DNA from: Firmicutes bacterium UBA4881
GTDB taxonomy: Bacteria; Bacillota; DTU065
Length of the DNA: 64,000 bases
Reading direction: 5' to 3'
Assembly: GCA_002399235.1 (NCBI GenBank)
Contig: DHDH01000016.1
Span: 2,101-66,100, forward strand
In this document: positions 46,956 through 56,726 of the stretch, in pieces
Layout: the number at the start of each line of letters is the position of its first letter
How positions within the stretch are numbered: position 1 is the first letter of the stretch
The notes under the pieces: model-generated
Database searches by the model: none
Told to the model about the DNA's origin: nothing
Seen by the model: the letters and a program-made list of their open reading frames with translations, nothing else
Program-made: the position numbers and the translations under genes

Positions 46956-48596
46956 ATGTTTATTGGACTGATTGTAGCACTGTTATTCTTTTCTTTTAAT
47001 GCATCTGCAGAATCACTTAATGTGGCACTAAATAAACCTTATGTAGTTAATTTGTCAGCTAATATCCCGTACACAGATACTGGTGGAGAATTAACCGATG
47101 GTGTACACGCTAAAGCTTTCTTAGGAGATAAAGCTTGGCAAGGTTTTGCAAGAATGGATTATCGTATTGTGGTAGTTGATTTAGGAGGCATTTATTCTAT
47201 TGATCAAATAAAGCTTGGTTCTTTGAAAGATGAAGGGTCGAATGTCTGGTTTCCAAACAACATGAGTTTAGCTTTATCTAACGATGGCGTTAATTGGCGA
47301 GTAATAAACGATAATTATTATTCAAGTAAAGACTTTCCCCCTAAACCAACAACTCTAGGAGAACTAGAATTATCTGCTTCGGGAGAACAAGGTCGCTATG
47401 TTGCTATAAAGTTCGAAGTTGGTTTCTGGGTCTTTGTCGATGAATTAGAGGTTTGGGGAAATTTAGTAGCTGAAAGTATTGATAAGTCCAAACTTGATGA
47501 GATTAACTACAAAGATATTAACGAAGTAATGCTAAAGTTTTTTAATAAAAGTGCTTATGAGAAAACTGAAGGCGAAATGTTACATGCATCAGAACAAACT
47601 GGAGGAGCCAAAGATATTCTTCTAGTTTATGATCAAGCATCTAGTATTCGTTGGAATGAATTATATGCCAACCCTTATGTTGCCTATTTAGATAAGAATT
47701 TTGAACCAAAGGATTGGTTTTTCGATACTTTCTTGTTCTTAGCTTTAACTACACCTAGTGGTCGTAACTTTGGCGCACCCCCCTACGCTGATAAGGCAGA
47801 TTGGCAATGGTGGTTATGGCGTATGTTTGAGTCTGGGTATGGTTTTGACGCCTTTAATAGAGCTGTAACTACAGCTGGTGAAAAATTAGGTGATAGTAGT
47901 TATAAAGCAAAAGTTATTGTGATGATCCCTTACCCTGTAGAAGAGCCTAATCATGCTTTTGATAAAGATAACCCAGGTTATCTTAATGCTAATAAGATAG
48001 GTAGAGAAGCTGCTGCTAAGAATAGATTAGAGGTTGTAAAATGGTATATATCAGAGTTTGAAAAACTGTGGGATGCTGCAGGTTATGACCGATTGGAGTT
48101 AATTGGCTATTATTGGTTATCTGAGAATCTAGATAGAAATAGTTTAGATCGGTTGTACTTACCTCAAGTAGGTAATTTAGTCAGAGAAAAAGGCTATAGA
48201 TTCTTTTGGATTCCGTGGTTTATGGCACCAGGTTATTCTGATTGGCAAGAACTTGGTTTTGATGCAGTAATGTTACAACCAAATTATATGTTTGTGCATG
48301 AATCAGCAAAGTCTAGGTTATCTAAAGCAGGTGCGGAAGCTAAAAGATATGGCTTAGGCTTAGAGTTTGAAGCTGATCCCTCTATATTTAGAAATGCTGA
48401 GAAAAGGGAACGCTGGTATGATTACCTCAGAGCAACTAATACACTAGGATATGATAAGAATATTTTACGAGGCTATTATCAAGACGTCGATATTCTTGGA
48501 ACAGCTTCAAGAAGTAGTGAACCTGAATTGCGCGAGATCTATGACAAGATGTATGAGTTTGTAAAGGGTACCTTTACTGAGACTATTACCGAATAA
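46956..48596 (+). CDS. secreted DUF4855-like protein with N-terminal discoidin (F5/8 type C)-like domain
   Basis: ATG 46956 after RBS GGAGGG. Signal peptide MFIGLIVALLFFSFNASA. The ORF-track GTG start at 46938 lacks RBS spacing. Confidence 0.5.
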   Translation: MFIGLIVALLFFSFNASAESLNVALNKPYVVNLSANIPYTDTGGELTDGVHAKAFLGDKAWQGFARMDYRIVVVDLGGIYSIDQIKLGSLKDEGSNVWFPNNMSLALSNDGVNWRVINDNYYSSKDFPPKPTTLGELELSASGEQGRYVAIKFEVGFWVFVDELEVWGNLVAESIDKSKLDEINYKDINEVMLKFFNKSAYEKTEGEMLHASEQTGGAKDILLVYDQASSIRWNELYANPYVAYLDKNFEPKDWFFDTFLFLALTTPSGRNFGAPPYADKADWQWWLWRMFESGYGFDAFNRAVTTAGEKLGDSSYKAKVIVMIPYPVEEPNHAFDKDNPGYLNANKIGREAAAKNRLEVVKWYISEFEKLWDAAGYDRLELIGYYWLSENLDRNSLDRLYLPQVGNLVREKGYRFFWIPWFMAPGYSDWQELGFDAVMLQPNYMFVHESAKSRLSKAGAEAKRYGLGLEFEADPSIFRNAEKRERWYDYLRATNTLGYDKNILRGYYQDVDILGTASRSSEPELREIYDKMYEFVKGTFTETITE

Positions 48597-48775
48597 TAAA
48601 ACAGTAGGTAGCTAAAATAAATTAGGCTACCTACTGTTTTTATACCAGGTAATAACATTTTACTTTGGTTTTTTGCTACATAATGGTATTATATAGATAA
48701 GATTTATCTCAAATTAGAGAAATTTTATTCAAGTGATAAGCTCAAATAGAGCGGATAGTAAGGATAGGTGAAACT

Positions 48776-49606
48776 ATGTCAATTAAGATTGTGGTAGATA
48801 GCAGTATCGATCTTCCTGACGAGTACGTTGAAAAGATTGGCCTAGAGATAGTTCCTCTTACAGTCTCCTTTGGCGAGGATCATTATCTAGATCGTGTTGA
48901 TATTACACCTGAAGAGTTTCACGAAAGAATGATGCGGGAAAAGGAGCTACCGAAAACTGCACAACCAGCTCCAGGAAGATTTCTAGAGATTTTTGATAAA
49001 TTTGGCAAGATGGGTCACCAAGTTATATGTTTATGCTTATCAAGTGGTTTAAGTGGAACTTATAATAGTGCCAAATTAGCTCAAAGTATGACCGATACAG
49101 AGGTGGAAGTTGTTGACACTTTATCTGGTTCAACAGGCTTAGGCATCCTTGCTTATCTAAGTTCTAAATGGGCTGAAGTGGGTAAATCTCTCCAAGATAT
49201 ATCTAAAGATATCAAAGAATATGCCGAAAACATTACTGTATACGCTCTCTTGGATACTGTAGAAAATGCAGTTAAAGGAGGTCGTCTTAGCCCCATTAAA
49301 GGAGCTATTGCCAGTTTACTTAATTTAAAGGTTATTTGCGAAGTTCGCCATGGTAAAGTTGATGTCGTAGAAAAAGTTAGAGGAACACAAAAGGCATATG
49401 CCAGGTTAACAGAATTAATTGCAGAAAAGACAAAAGGTAGAAAGATACCAATGATCGGTATTGCTCATGTAGCTAACGAAAAAGGTGCTAAAATTTTAAA
49501 AGAGGCAGTAATGAATGTTCATAAGGAAGCTGAATACTTTGAAACTGCTATGGGTGCTACAATTAGTACCTATGCTGGTAAAGGCGGTTTAGTTATAGCA
49601 TTTTAA
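48776..49606 (+). CDS. degV: DegV family fatty-acid-binding protein
   Basis: 276 aa with the DegV N-terminal motif (KIVVDSSIDLP) and an EDD-fold. Confidence 0.85.
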   Translation: MSIKIVVDSSIDLPDEYVEKIGLEIVPLTVSFGEDHYLDRVDITPEEFHERMMREKELPKTAQPAPGRFLEIFDKFGKMGHQVICLCLSSGLSGTYNSAKLAQSMTDTEVEVVDTLSGSTGLGILAYLSSKWAEVGKSLQDISKDIKEYAENITVYALLDTVENAVKGGRLSPIKGAIASLLNLKVICEVRHGKVDVVEKVRGTQKAYARLTELIAEKTKGRKIPMIGIAHVANEKGAKILKEAVMNVHKEAEYFETAMGATISTYAGKGGLVIAF

Positions 49607-49607
49607 T

Positions 49608-49646
49608 AAAAGAAGCCTGACTTGATTAAAGTCAGGCTTCTTTTTA
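49608..49646. terminator. bidirectional terminator (AAGAAGCCTGACTT gattaa AGTCAGGCTTCTT TTT)
   Basis: Perfect 14-bp stem between convergent degV (+) and the GDSL gene (-). Confidence 0.65.
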
Positions 49647-49667
49647 GACTTACTATTAATTTGAAAG

Positions 49668-51197
49668 TTAGATTAAACCATCTTGTGAAAACTGTTTCAG
49701 TAAGAAATTAGACCAAATTTCGTAAGCTGGACCATTAGGATGGATACCATCTAAGGAGAGAGATTTTGGCATGAAGCCATTTTCGACCATTAAAGAATAA
49801 ATGTCTAGATACGAAACTCCTTCTTGAGAGGCAATTTTTTTAAGTCCTTCATTATATTCGGCTACTTTAGGTGCAATTTCGTGTTCTTTACCTAAAGGCA
49901 GTATGGATTGCAAATATAATTTAGCTTGAGGAGCTTCGGCTTTGATATATTTGATGATTTTTTCTACTTGACTGTGGTACTCGCTACGCTCGGCATTGTA
50001 AAGTAGATTATTGGTGCCAATCATTACTAAAACAGCTTTGGGATTAGATTCAAGAGCAAGAAGATTACGACGATCCCAAACACCACTGGCAATGTCTGCA
50101 CTAATACCACGATTAATTGTTTTTACCTTAGCAAGATATCCTTGGAGGTAATAACCTTCAGTAATGGAGTCACCAATAAAAATAAAAGCTTGTTCGGGTA
50201 GTTTTTCTTTAGCAAACTTCTCAACTTTACCAAACCAATAATCCCCTCTTTTCATTAGCTCATCATAACTTTTATGGGTTGGATGAACTAGAGGAAAGAG
50301 ATTGTTTATTGATGTTCTAGCTTCGCTAAGAAAATAAGTAGCCTGGGTTGAAGATTCTTTCTGAATAAAGAAATTTAAAGCAGTTATATTGTGGGTAGCT
50401 TCTTGATAGAGACTACTCATTTCACTGGTGGCTAGATTATCTTTAGCAAGTTTTTGGTAGTGTTGGGCACTTATTTTATAAGAAGCTTCTAAAGGTTCTA
50501 CTAAGTTTTGAATATCCGAAATAGGTACTGCGAAGATAATATCAGAAGGTGGTAGCATTTCGTTGATACTATCAACAAAAAGACTGTTCCATAAATGGTT
50601 AGGATTATTAAAGACATCTTCGGCAATATAAGTTGAATTAGCTGTCTTAACTACAGCTGCGAACTCATTTTCTTGCCAGTTTTCGCCTTGGCCTTTCAAT
50701 GTTGGTTTTACTAAGGTTCGCTTAAGAGATTCTATTTTATTTTCTGAGTATAAAAATGTAAGGTCGGAAGTGATTTCTTTGTTAGTAACATCAATTTCTA
50801 GGCCTAAAAGCGAGGCCAGTAAAGGTGAGGTATCGTAAGTAGCTAGTATTTTACCACCGCTAGCAATAAAATCAGTAAGTGTTTTAACTTGATTTTGCTC
50901 TAGACTATTATTGGAAAGTAAAACAACTAATTCGAAATAGTTTAAGAAACCGTTTTCAACGTCCTGATCATTAATAACTACAGTAGGGATAAACTCGTCA
51001 TCTAAGAGAGATTTAGCTTTATTGATCATTGACTCATAAGCTGAACCTTTAACTTGAGCAGTTTTTTCATTGTACAACAAAGCAACACCACAACGTTTAG
51101 CACTAATTGACAGAGAGAAAGCAGATACCAAGATTAGCACCCCCAAAAATTTCAAGGTAGTTAAAGATAGGTGATTGAGAGCAAATTTGTTTTGCAC
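49668..51197 (-). CDS. SGNH/GDSL hydrolase family protein with N-terminal membrane anchor and extra N-terminal domain
   Basis: 509 aa with an N-terminal hydrophobic anchor. The C-terminal SGNH domain carries a GDSITEG block I and a DGIHP block V. Confidence 0.7.
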   Translation of the reverse strand: MQNKFALNHLSLTTLKFLGVLILVSAFSLSISAKRCGVALLYNEKTAQVKGSAYESMINKAKSLLDDEFIPTVVINDQDVENGFLNYFELVVLLSNNSLEQNQVKTLTDFIASGGKILATYDTSPLLASLLGLEIDVTNKEITSDLTFLYSENKIESLKRTLVKPTLKGQGENWQENEFAAVVKTANSTYIAEDVFNNPNHLWNSLFVDSINEMLPPSDIIFAVPISDIQNLVEPLEASYKISAQHYQKLAKDNLATSEMSSLYQEATHNITALNFFIQKESSTQATYFLSEARTSINNLFPLVHPTHKSYDELMKRGDYWFGKVEKFAKEKLPEQAFIFIGDSITEGYYLQGYLAKVKTINRGISADIASGVWDRRNLLALESNPKAVLVMIGTNNLLYNAERSEYHSQVEKIIKYIKAEAPQAKLYLQSILPLGKEHEIAPKVAEYNEGLKKIASQEGVSYLDIYSLMVENGFMPKSLSLDGIHPNGPAYEIWSNFLLKQFSQDGLI

Positions 51198-51628
51198 TCT
51201 GATCTCTCCTTTAATAAAGATATAACTGGTAGGAGCTGGTGTTAATTAAAAAGTTTTAACCTACGAAATCACCATTTAAGCAAAAACTACAAGATACTCT
51301 TACAACAGTCTGTTAAGAATTAGCCAGTCGGAGGATTATTCCTACCAAAGTAAATAAATTATTAACGGTTAACGCGTAAAAGCAGGTCTTTATTAGATAT
51401 TCCATGGTATAGCCAATAACTAATTGAAAATCTAAACTAACGTTATTTAATTGTCATTATTTAGGGAGAAAAGGCCAATTTCAAGTCTGCTGATAAGGGA
51501 AAAGAGGTATATAATGTTCGAGCCGTAATAAGTTAGAACATGCTCTAATATGCTATAATGTATTATTTAAGCTTGTTTGATGATAATACTTAATGGAAAG
51601 AGGATCGATCCCGATTTCCTTTCAATAA

Positions 51629-51651
51629 GGCCCTGCAAATAAAGCAGGGCC
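51629..51651. other. perfect hairpin GGCCCTGC aaataaa GCAGGGCC within the 1.24-kb noncoding region
   Basis: 8-bp GC-rich stem. A GGATCGATCC palindrome lies at 51602..51611. Confidence 0.4.
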
Positions 51652-52113
51652 ATGTCATTTTAAAAGACAATTGGAAGAAACAGGATACAAGTGGCAAGGT
51701 TTCAATGGCAAAAACTGGAGGAATAGTAAATAAGCGACCTGCTCCTCTACGATTAGTTATCTACCTTAAAGCATTTACCTTGTGGCAAATTGTACCATTT
51801 ATAATAAGTTTATAATTGTAAATTTAGGTAGAGAAAGCAAAGTTTTGAATCGCTATATAACATTTACTGGAAATAAGCTAAGACATGTTGTTAAATCGAA
51901 TTAAGTCGAAAACTCATTGCGCTAGTAGGAGGAGAAAGGTATAACATAAGTAATATAAAAAAGTATCTAGCTAAATAAATTTGAAAGATATATGGCGCTT
52001 CTATTAAATAGCTATAAGGCTTTAGACATTTGCATAACCTGTTATAAGAGAATTATACTTCATCAATAAGGTTAGCAGGTCAATTTTCGTAAATCTAAGG
52101 AGGTTGGGGATAA

Positions 52114-52293
52114 TTGATACTTTTTAAACTGATTTTTACTGTAATATCCTTAATTGGGATAATTAGACCAGATATTATGTGGGTATTATCCGAAGGTTGG
52201 AAATATAAGAATGTTGAACCTAGTGAAACATATTTGCTTTTAAGTAGGGTCTTGAGCGTTATTGCCCTCATTTTGATCTGGGTATTTGGTTAA
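52114..52293 (+). CDS. small (59 aa) two-TM membrane protein, hypothetical (TTG start)
   Basis: Strong RBS AAGGAGGT 9 nt upstream of TTG, which comes directly after an in-frame TAA. Encodes ILFKLIFTVISLIGIIRPDIMWVLSEGWKYKNVEPSETYLLLSRVLSVIALILIWVFG. Falls below the 60-aa ORF-track cutoff. Confidence 0.35.
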   Translation: MILFKLIFTVISLIGIIRPDIMWVLSEGWKYKNVEPSETYLLLSRVLSVIALILIWVFG

Positions 52294-52437
52294 AAGTTAG
52301 TTTGAATAAAAGTATCTTTATATCTACTTTATTTTGGTAGGTAAATAACTAACTTTTCCTCAAGGTTGTTTAACCTTCTTAAATAATGTATCCTAAAAGA
52401 AAGTACATCCTATAACCTCGAGGAGTGAGTCACGCAG

Positions 52438-53769
52438 ATGCGTCAAGAGATAAAAACCTTTCTCATTGAAACCTTTGGTTGCCAAATGAACGAAAGAGAT
52501 TCAGAGACAATTAAAGGTATATTAGAGAATATGGGGTTCAATGAAACAGATGACCCCGATGAAGCAGATATTCTACTTTTTAATACTTGTTCTGTTAGAG
52601 AAAATCCCGAAAGAAAAGTATATGGAAGGATTCAGCAATATAAGCCCAATACTAACAAAATCATTGGTATCTGTGGTTGCATGGTACAACAAGGAGCAGA
52701 GTTTGACTATATCAAAAACAGCTTGCCCCAAGTTTCCTTGGTTTTTGGTACCCATAATATTCATGAGTTACCTCAATTAATAGAAAGAGTAACGTTAGGT
52801 GAAAGGGTTTTAGATGTTTGGGAAGATAAAAAAGAAGTAATCGAAGGATTGCCAGCTAAAAGAGAAAAAGGTGTAAAGGCTTTTGTAAATATCTCTTATG
52901 GCTGTAACAATTTTTGTACCTATTGCATTGTTCCCTACACAAGAGGCAGAGAGAAAAGTAGAGAACAAAGTTTTATCTTAGAGGAAATTCAAGAACTAGC
53001 TCAAAGCGGTTACAAGGAAATAACTTTGCTAGGCCAAAATGTCAACTCCTATGGCAAAGATCTTGGTACAGATTTTGCTTCCCTACTAAGAGCTGTACAA
53101 GAAGTAGAGGGTATAGAAAGAATTAGGTTTACTACGAGTCATCCCAAAGATCTTTCCGATGCCCTCATTAAAGCTATGGCTGAATTGCCTAAAGTATGTG
53201 AGCATTTACATCTACCACTGCAAGCTGGTAGTGACCGCATTCTTAAGGTTATGAATCGTCGTTATACTACAGAGCATTATCTCCAGCTTGTCGAGAAACT
53301 GAGACAAGCTGTGCCCAATATAGCTTTGACAACTGATCTAATTGTAGGTTTCCCTGGTGAAACAGACTCTGACTTTGCCGCTACCCTAGAAATGGTAAAA
53401 AAAGTCCGTTATGACTCAGCTTTTACTTTTATCTACTCACCACGAAAAGGTACTCCTGCTGCTGAGATGCCAGATCAAGTACCTGAGGAGCAAAAGAAGG
53501 AACGTATCTACCAATTAATTGAGCTACAGAATGAAATTTCTGGACAGATCAACAGAGAGCTTGTTGGTGAGTCTGTTGGAGTGTTAGTAGAGGGACCAAG
53601 TAAAACTGATCCAGACAAGCTAACAGGGAAAACCAGAACCAATAAAACCATTAACTTCCCAGGTACTAGTACATTAATTGGTAAGACAGTTAATGTTGTA
53701 GTAACTGCGGGTAAATTGTCCTCGTTAGAAGGTAGATTAGAAGGGAGTAAGGATGATGGAAGACCTTAG
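52438..53769 (+). CDS. miaB: tRNA (N6-isopentenyl-adenosine-37) methylthiotransferase MiaB
   Basis: UPF0004 N-terminal domain (ETFGCQMN), radical-SAM CxxxCxxC (CNNFCTYC) and a TRAM domain. Confidence 0.9.
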   Translation: MRQEIKTFLIETFGCQMNERDSETIKGILENMGFNETDDPDEADILLFNTCSVRENPERKVYGRIQQYKPNTNKIIGICGCMVQQGAEFDYIKNSLPQVSLVFGTHNIHELPQLIERVTLGERVLDVWEDKKEVIEGLPAKREKGVKAFVNISYGCNNFCTYCIVPYTRGREKSREQSFILEEIQELAQSGYKEITLLGQNVNSYGKDLGTDFASLLRAVQEVEGIERIRFTTSHPKDLSDALIKAMAELPKVCEHLHLPLQAGSDRILKVMNRRYTTEHYLQLVEKLRQAVPNIALTTDLIVGFPGETDSDFAATLEMVKKVRYDSAFTFIYSPRKGTPAAEMPDQVPEEQKKERIYQLIELQNEISGQINRELVGESVGVLVEGPSKTDPDKLTGKTRTNKTINFPGTSTLIGKTVNVVVTAGKLSSLEGRLEGSKDDGRP

Positions 53770-54109
53770 AATTGGTAACCTTCTATTCACTGAGAAATGT
53801 GATATTGCCGGTACAGACGCTTTGACACTAGAGCGAATTCTTTTAGGTAAAGTAGCTTACCAGGTAGTCGATCTTAGTGCTTTCACAGTACGGTATGTAG
53901 CTATAAAAGATAGCTCCAATACCTATTTAGTGCCAGCGGAATTAATCAACGACTTTGACGATGGTCTAATCTTTGATTTTACTCGTGAGATTGTTGCAAA
54001 ACTAATTCCTCTTCCTAAGGATCTAGAGAAAGAATTTAATCGGCAACTAGAAGTTAAAATTCATACCGAACTTAATGCCACACCCTACTGGGAAGAAGAG
54101 AGTTATTAA
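53753..54109 (+). CDS. hypothetical 118-aa protein (possibly PRC-barrel-like), overlapping the miaB 3' end by 17 nt
   Basis: ATGATG after RBS AAGGGAG. Fills the miaB-mutS gap where Bacillus carries ymcA, but shows no YmcA-like coiled coil. Confidence 0.4.
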   Translation: MMEDLRIGNLLFTEKCDIAGTDALTLERILLGKVAYQVVDLSAFTVRYVAIKDSSNTYLVPAELINDFDDGLIFDFTREIVAKLIPLPKDLEKEFNRQLEVKIHTELNATPYWEEESY

Positions 54110-54120
54110 CCGAGGTGAAA

Positions 54121-56724
54121 ATGATGGGTCTGGACAAATTGGAGATTACTGATCTAAGTGAACTGACACCTATGTTAAGACAATACTATCAGATCAAAAT
54201 GCAATACCCAGATTGCATCCTTCTCTTTCGGTTGGGTGATTTTTACGAAATGTTTAGTGATGATGCTCTCCTAGCATCAAAGGTGTTAGAAATCACTTTA
54301 ACGAGTCGCGATGCTGGAAACCAAGGACGTATTCCCATGTGTGGTGTGCCATATCACGCTATAGAGGGGTACCTACTTACACTGGTTGAGCATGGTTTGA
54401 AGGTCGCTATCTGTGAACAAGTAGAAGACCCGAAGCTTGCTAAAGGTGTTGTTAAAAGAGAGGTAACTAGAGTGGTTACCCCCGGCACAATTACTCTAAC
54501 TCAAGCATTAGATGAAAAAAGTAATAATTATGTAGCAGCAGTATTTGGCCGTGGCGATGCTTTTGGCATCGCTTATGCAGATGTTTCTACTGGAGATTTC
54601 AAAGCAACAGAGATTAAAGGTGAAGGTGCCGAGTTAAAAGCAAGAGATGAGATAATCCGTTTAACCCCCAAAGAGGTAATCTACCCGGAAAATCTTTTAG
54701 CTCAGAGCATTCTTGACTTACTAAAACAACTCAAGATAGCTAGCGAGTCCAAACCGGAAATAGCTTTCCAAAGTAAATTAGGTTATAGGAACCTAAATAG
54801 ACAACTAGGAACAGCTTCTTTAGCTGGTTTTGGTCTTGAGGACAAGCCTTATGCTGTATCAGCTGGTGGGGCACTTTTAGAGTATCTAAAAGATACCCAA
54901 AAGATTACTTTAGAGCATATAAAATCTATACAGTTTTATTCATTAAGCGACTATATGGTTTTGGATAGTTATACACAACGCAATTTAGAAATTCTTACGA
55001 CCTTAAGAGAAAACAAAAAACAAGGTTCTTTGCTTGGTGTTCTAGATAAAACAGTGACAGCAATGGGTGGGCGTCTTTTAAAAAGATGGATATCTCAACC
55101 CTTAGTCGATATAAAGGAGATCGTGAAAAGACAAGATCGCCTAGAAACTCTATTTACTGATGATCTTTTGCGCTCTCAGGTCCGTGTGGGTTTAGAAAAA
55201 GTCTTTGACCTAGAAAGATTATCATCAAAACTAGCATACGGCACAGCTAATGCCAGAGATCTTGTTGCTTTAAGAGATTCTTTTCGTGAATTGCCAGGCC
55301 TAAAAGATTTAATTACTACGAAAGAACATTTAAAAGGTCTCGGGAATTTAGATACCTTAGAGGATTTAAAAGAACTAATTACCCAATCTTTAGTTGATGA
55401 GCCTCCATTTTCCCTCACAGAAGGTGGTATAATCCGCCCTGGCTATAACTCAGAACTTGATGAACTGCGGAATGTAGCATCTGGGGGCAAGGACTGGATT
55501 GCTAATTTACAAGCGAGGGAAAGAGAAAGAACAGGAATCAAATCCCTTAAAGTGGGTTTTAATAAGGTTTTTGGTTATTATTTAGAAATAAGCAATTCTA
55601 ACTTAGGCAATGTTCCTGAAGATTACCAAAGAAAACAGACCTTATCAGGCGGCGAGAGATTCATTATACCTGAATTGAAAGAATATGAAGCAAAAGTATT
55701 AGGTGCTGAAGAGAAGATAGGCTCCATGGAGTACTTATTATTTTGTGAGGTCAGAGAAAAATTAACTGGTAATATCAGCCGTATACAGGTAGTGGCTCAT
55801 CTGCTAGCTGAACTTGATGTCTATAGTTCCTTAGCTGAGGTGGCAAGACAGAAGAACTATGTAAAACCATTAGTTGACAATAACTGCCTAATTGAGATTA
55901 AGGAAGGCCGACATCCTGTGGTAGAAGAATATTTACCTATAGGAGAGTTTGTACCAAATGATAGTAATCTCGATATGTTAGAACAACGGATTGCGATTTT
56001 AACAGGTCCCAATATGGCTGGTAAATCAACTTATATGCGTCAGGTAGCTCTTATTGTCCTTCTGGCTCAAATAGGGTCATTTGTTCCTGCTAAAGAAGCC
56101 CAAATCGGTTTAGTAGATAGAATCTTTACTAGAGTAGGGGCATCTGACGATTTAGCTTCTGGTCAATCAACTTTTATGGTGGAAATGAACGAAGTAGCTA
56201 ATATTCTCCACAATGCCACATCTAAAAGCTTGGTAATTTTAGATGAGGTAGGTAGAGGTACTGCAACTTTTGATGGACTAAGTATTGCTTGGGCAGTTAC
56301 AGAGTACTTACATGATCGAATTGGTTGTAAGGCTATCTTTGCGACTCATTACCATGAACTAACCGAATTAGCGGAAAAGTTAAGTGGAGTTATTAATCTA
56401 CAGGTTGCTGTGCAGCACTCTGGTAAACAGATCTTTTTCTTAAGGAAAATTATTACAGGTGGTGCTGATCGCAGTTATGGGATTGATGTTGCTAGGCTTG
56501 CTGGTCTTCCCGATGAGTTATTGAAAAGAGCTAAGGAAGTACTTGCAGATCTAGAAATGGGAACAAAAAAGCAAGATATAAAACCTGCTCAATTAAGTCT
56601 TTTTGCTACAGAAGAAGATACAATTGTTGAAGAATTACGTAATATCGATGTTTATAATCTGACGCCAATAGAAGCTATTAACACTCTAGCAAGATTAGTA
56701 GATGAGGCCAAGAGGAGGCAATAG
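54121..56724 (+). CDS. mutS: DNA mismatch repair protein MutS
   Basis: All MutS domains, including Walker A GPNMAGKST. Start placed at ATG 54121/54124 after RBS GAGGTGA; the ORF-track GTG is at 54115. Confidence 0.95.
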   Translation: MMGLDKLEITDLSELTPMLRQYYQIKMQYPDCILLFRLGDFYEMFSDDALLASKVLEITLTSRDAGNQGRIPMCGVPYHAIEGYLLTLVEHGLKVAICEQVEDPKLAKGVVKREVTRVVTPGTITLTQALDEKSNNYVAAVFGRGDAFGIAYADVSTGDFKATEIKGEGAELKARDEIIRLTPKEVIYPENLLAQSILDLLKQLKIASESKPEIAFQSKLGYRNLNRQLGTASLAGFGLEDKPYAVSAGGALLEYLKDTQKITLEHIKSIQFYSLSDYMVLDSYTQRNLEILTTLRENKKQGSLLGVLDKTVTAMGGRLLKRWISQPLVDIKEIVKRQDRLETLFTDDLLRSQVRVGLEKVFDLERLSSKLAYGTANARDLVALRDSFRELPGLKDLITTKEHLKGLGNLDTLEDLKELITQSLVDEPPFSLTEGGIIRPGYNSELDELRNVASGGKDWIANLQARERERTGIKSLKVGFNKVFGYYLEISNSNLGNVPEDYQRKQTLSGGERFIIPELKEYEAKVLGAEEKIGSMEYLLFCEVREKLTGNISRIQVVAHLLAELDVYSSLAEVARQKNYVKPLVDNNCLIEIKEGRHPVVEEYLPIGEFVPNDSNLDMLEQRIAILTGPNMAGKSTYMRQVALIVLLAQIGSFVPAKEAQIGLVDRIFTRVGASDDLASGQSTFMVEMNEVANILHNATSKSLVILDEVGRGTATFDGLSIAWAVTEYLHDRIGCKAIFATHYHELTELAEKLSGVINLQVAVQHSGKQIFFLRKIITGGADRSYGIDVARLAGLPDELLKRAKEVLADLEMGTKKQDIKPAQLSLFATEEDTIVEELRNIDVYNLTPIEAINTLARLVDEAKRRQ

Positions 56725-56726
56725 CT

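Noticed and set aside
51358-51380. TTAACGGTTAACGCG upstream of the GDSL gene, sharing the 8-mer GTTAACCG with the feoA palindrome
   Set aside because: A single shared 8-mer is expected by chance about twice in 64 kb on two strands. There is no dyad symmetry comparable to TTAACCGCGGTTAA.
51198-52437. Possibility that the 1.24-kb gap is a CRISPR array or leader
   Set aside because: No direct repeats of 24-40 bp with regular spacing were seen.
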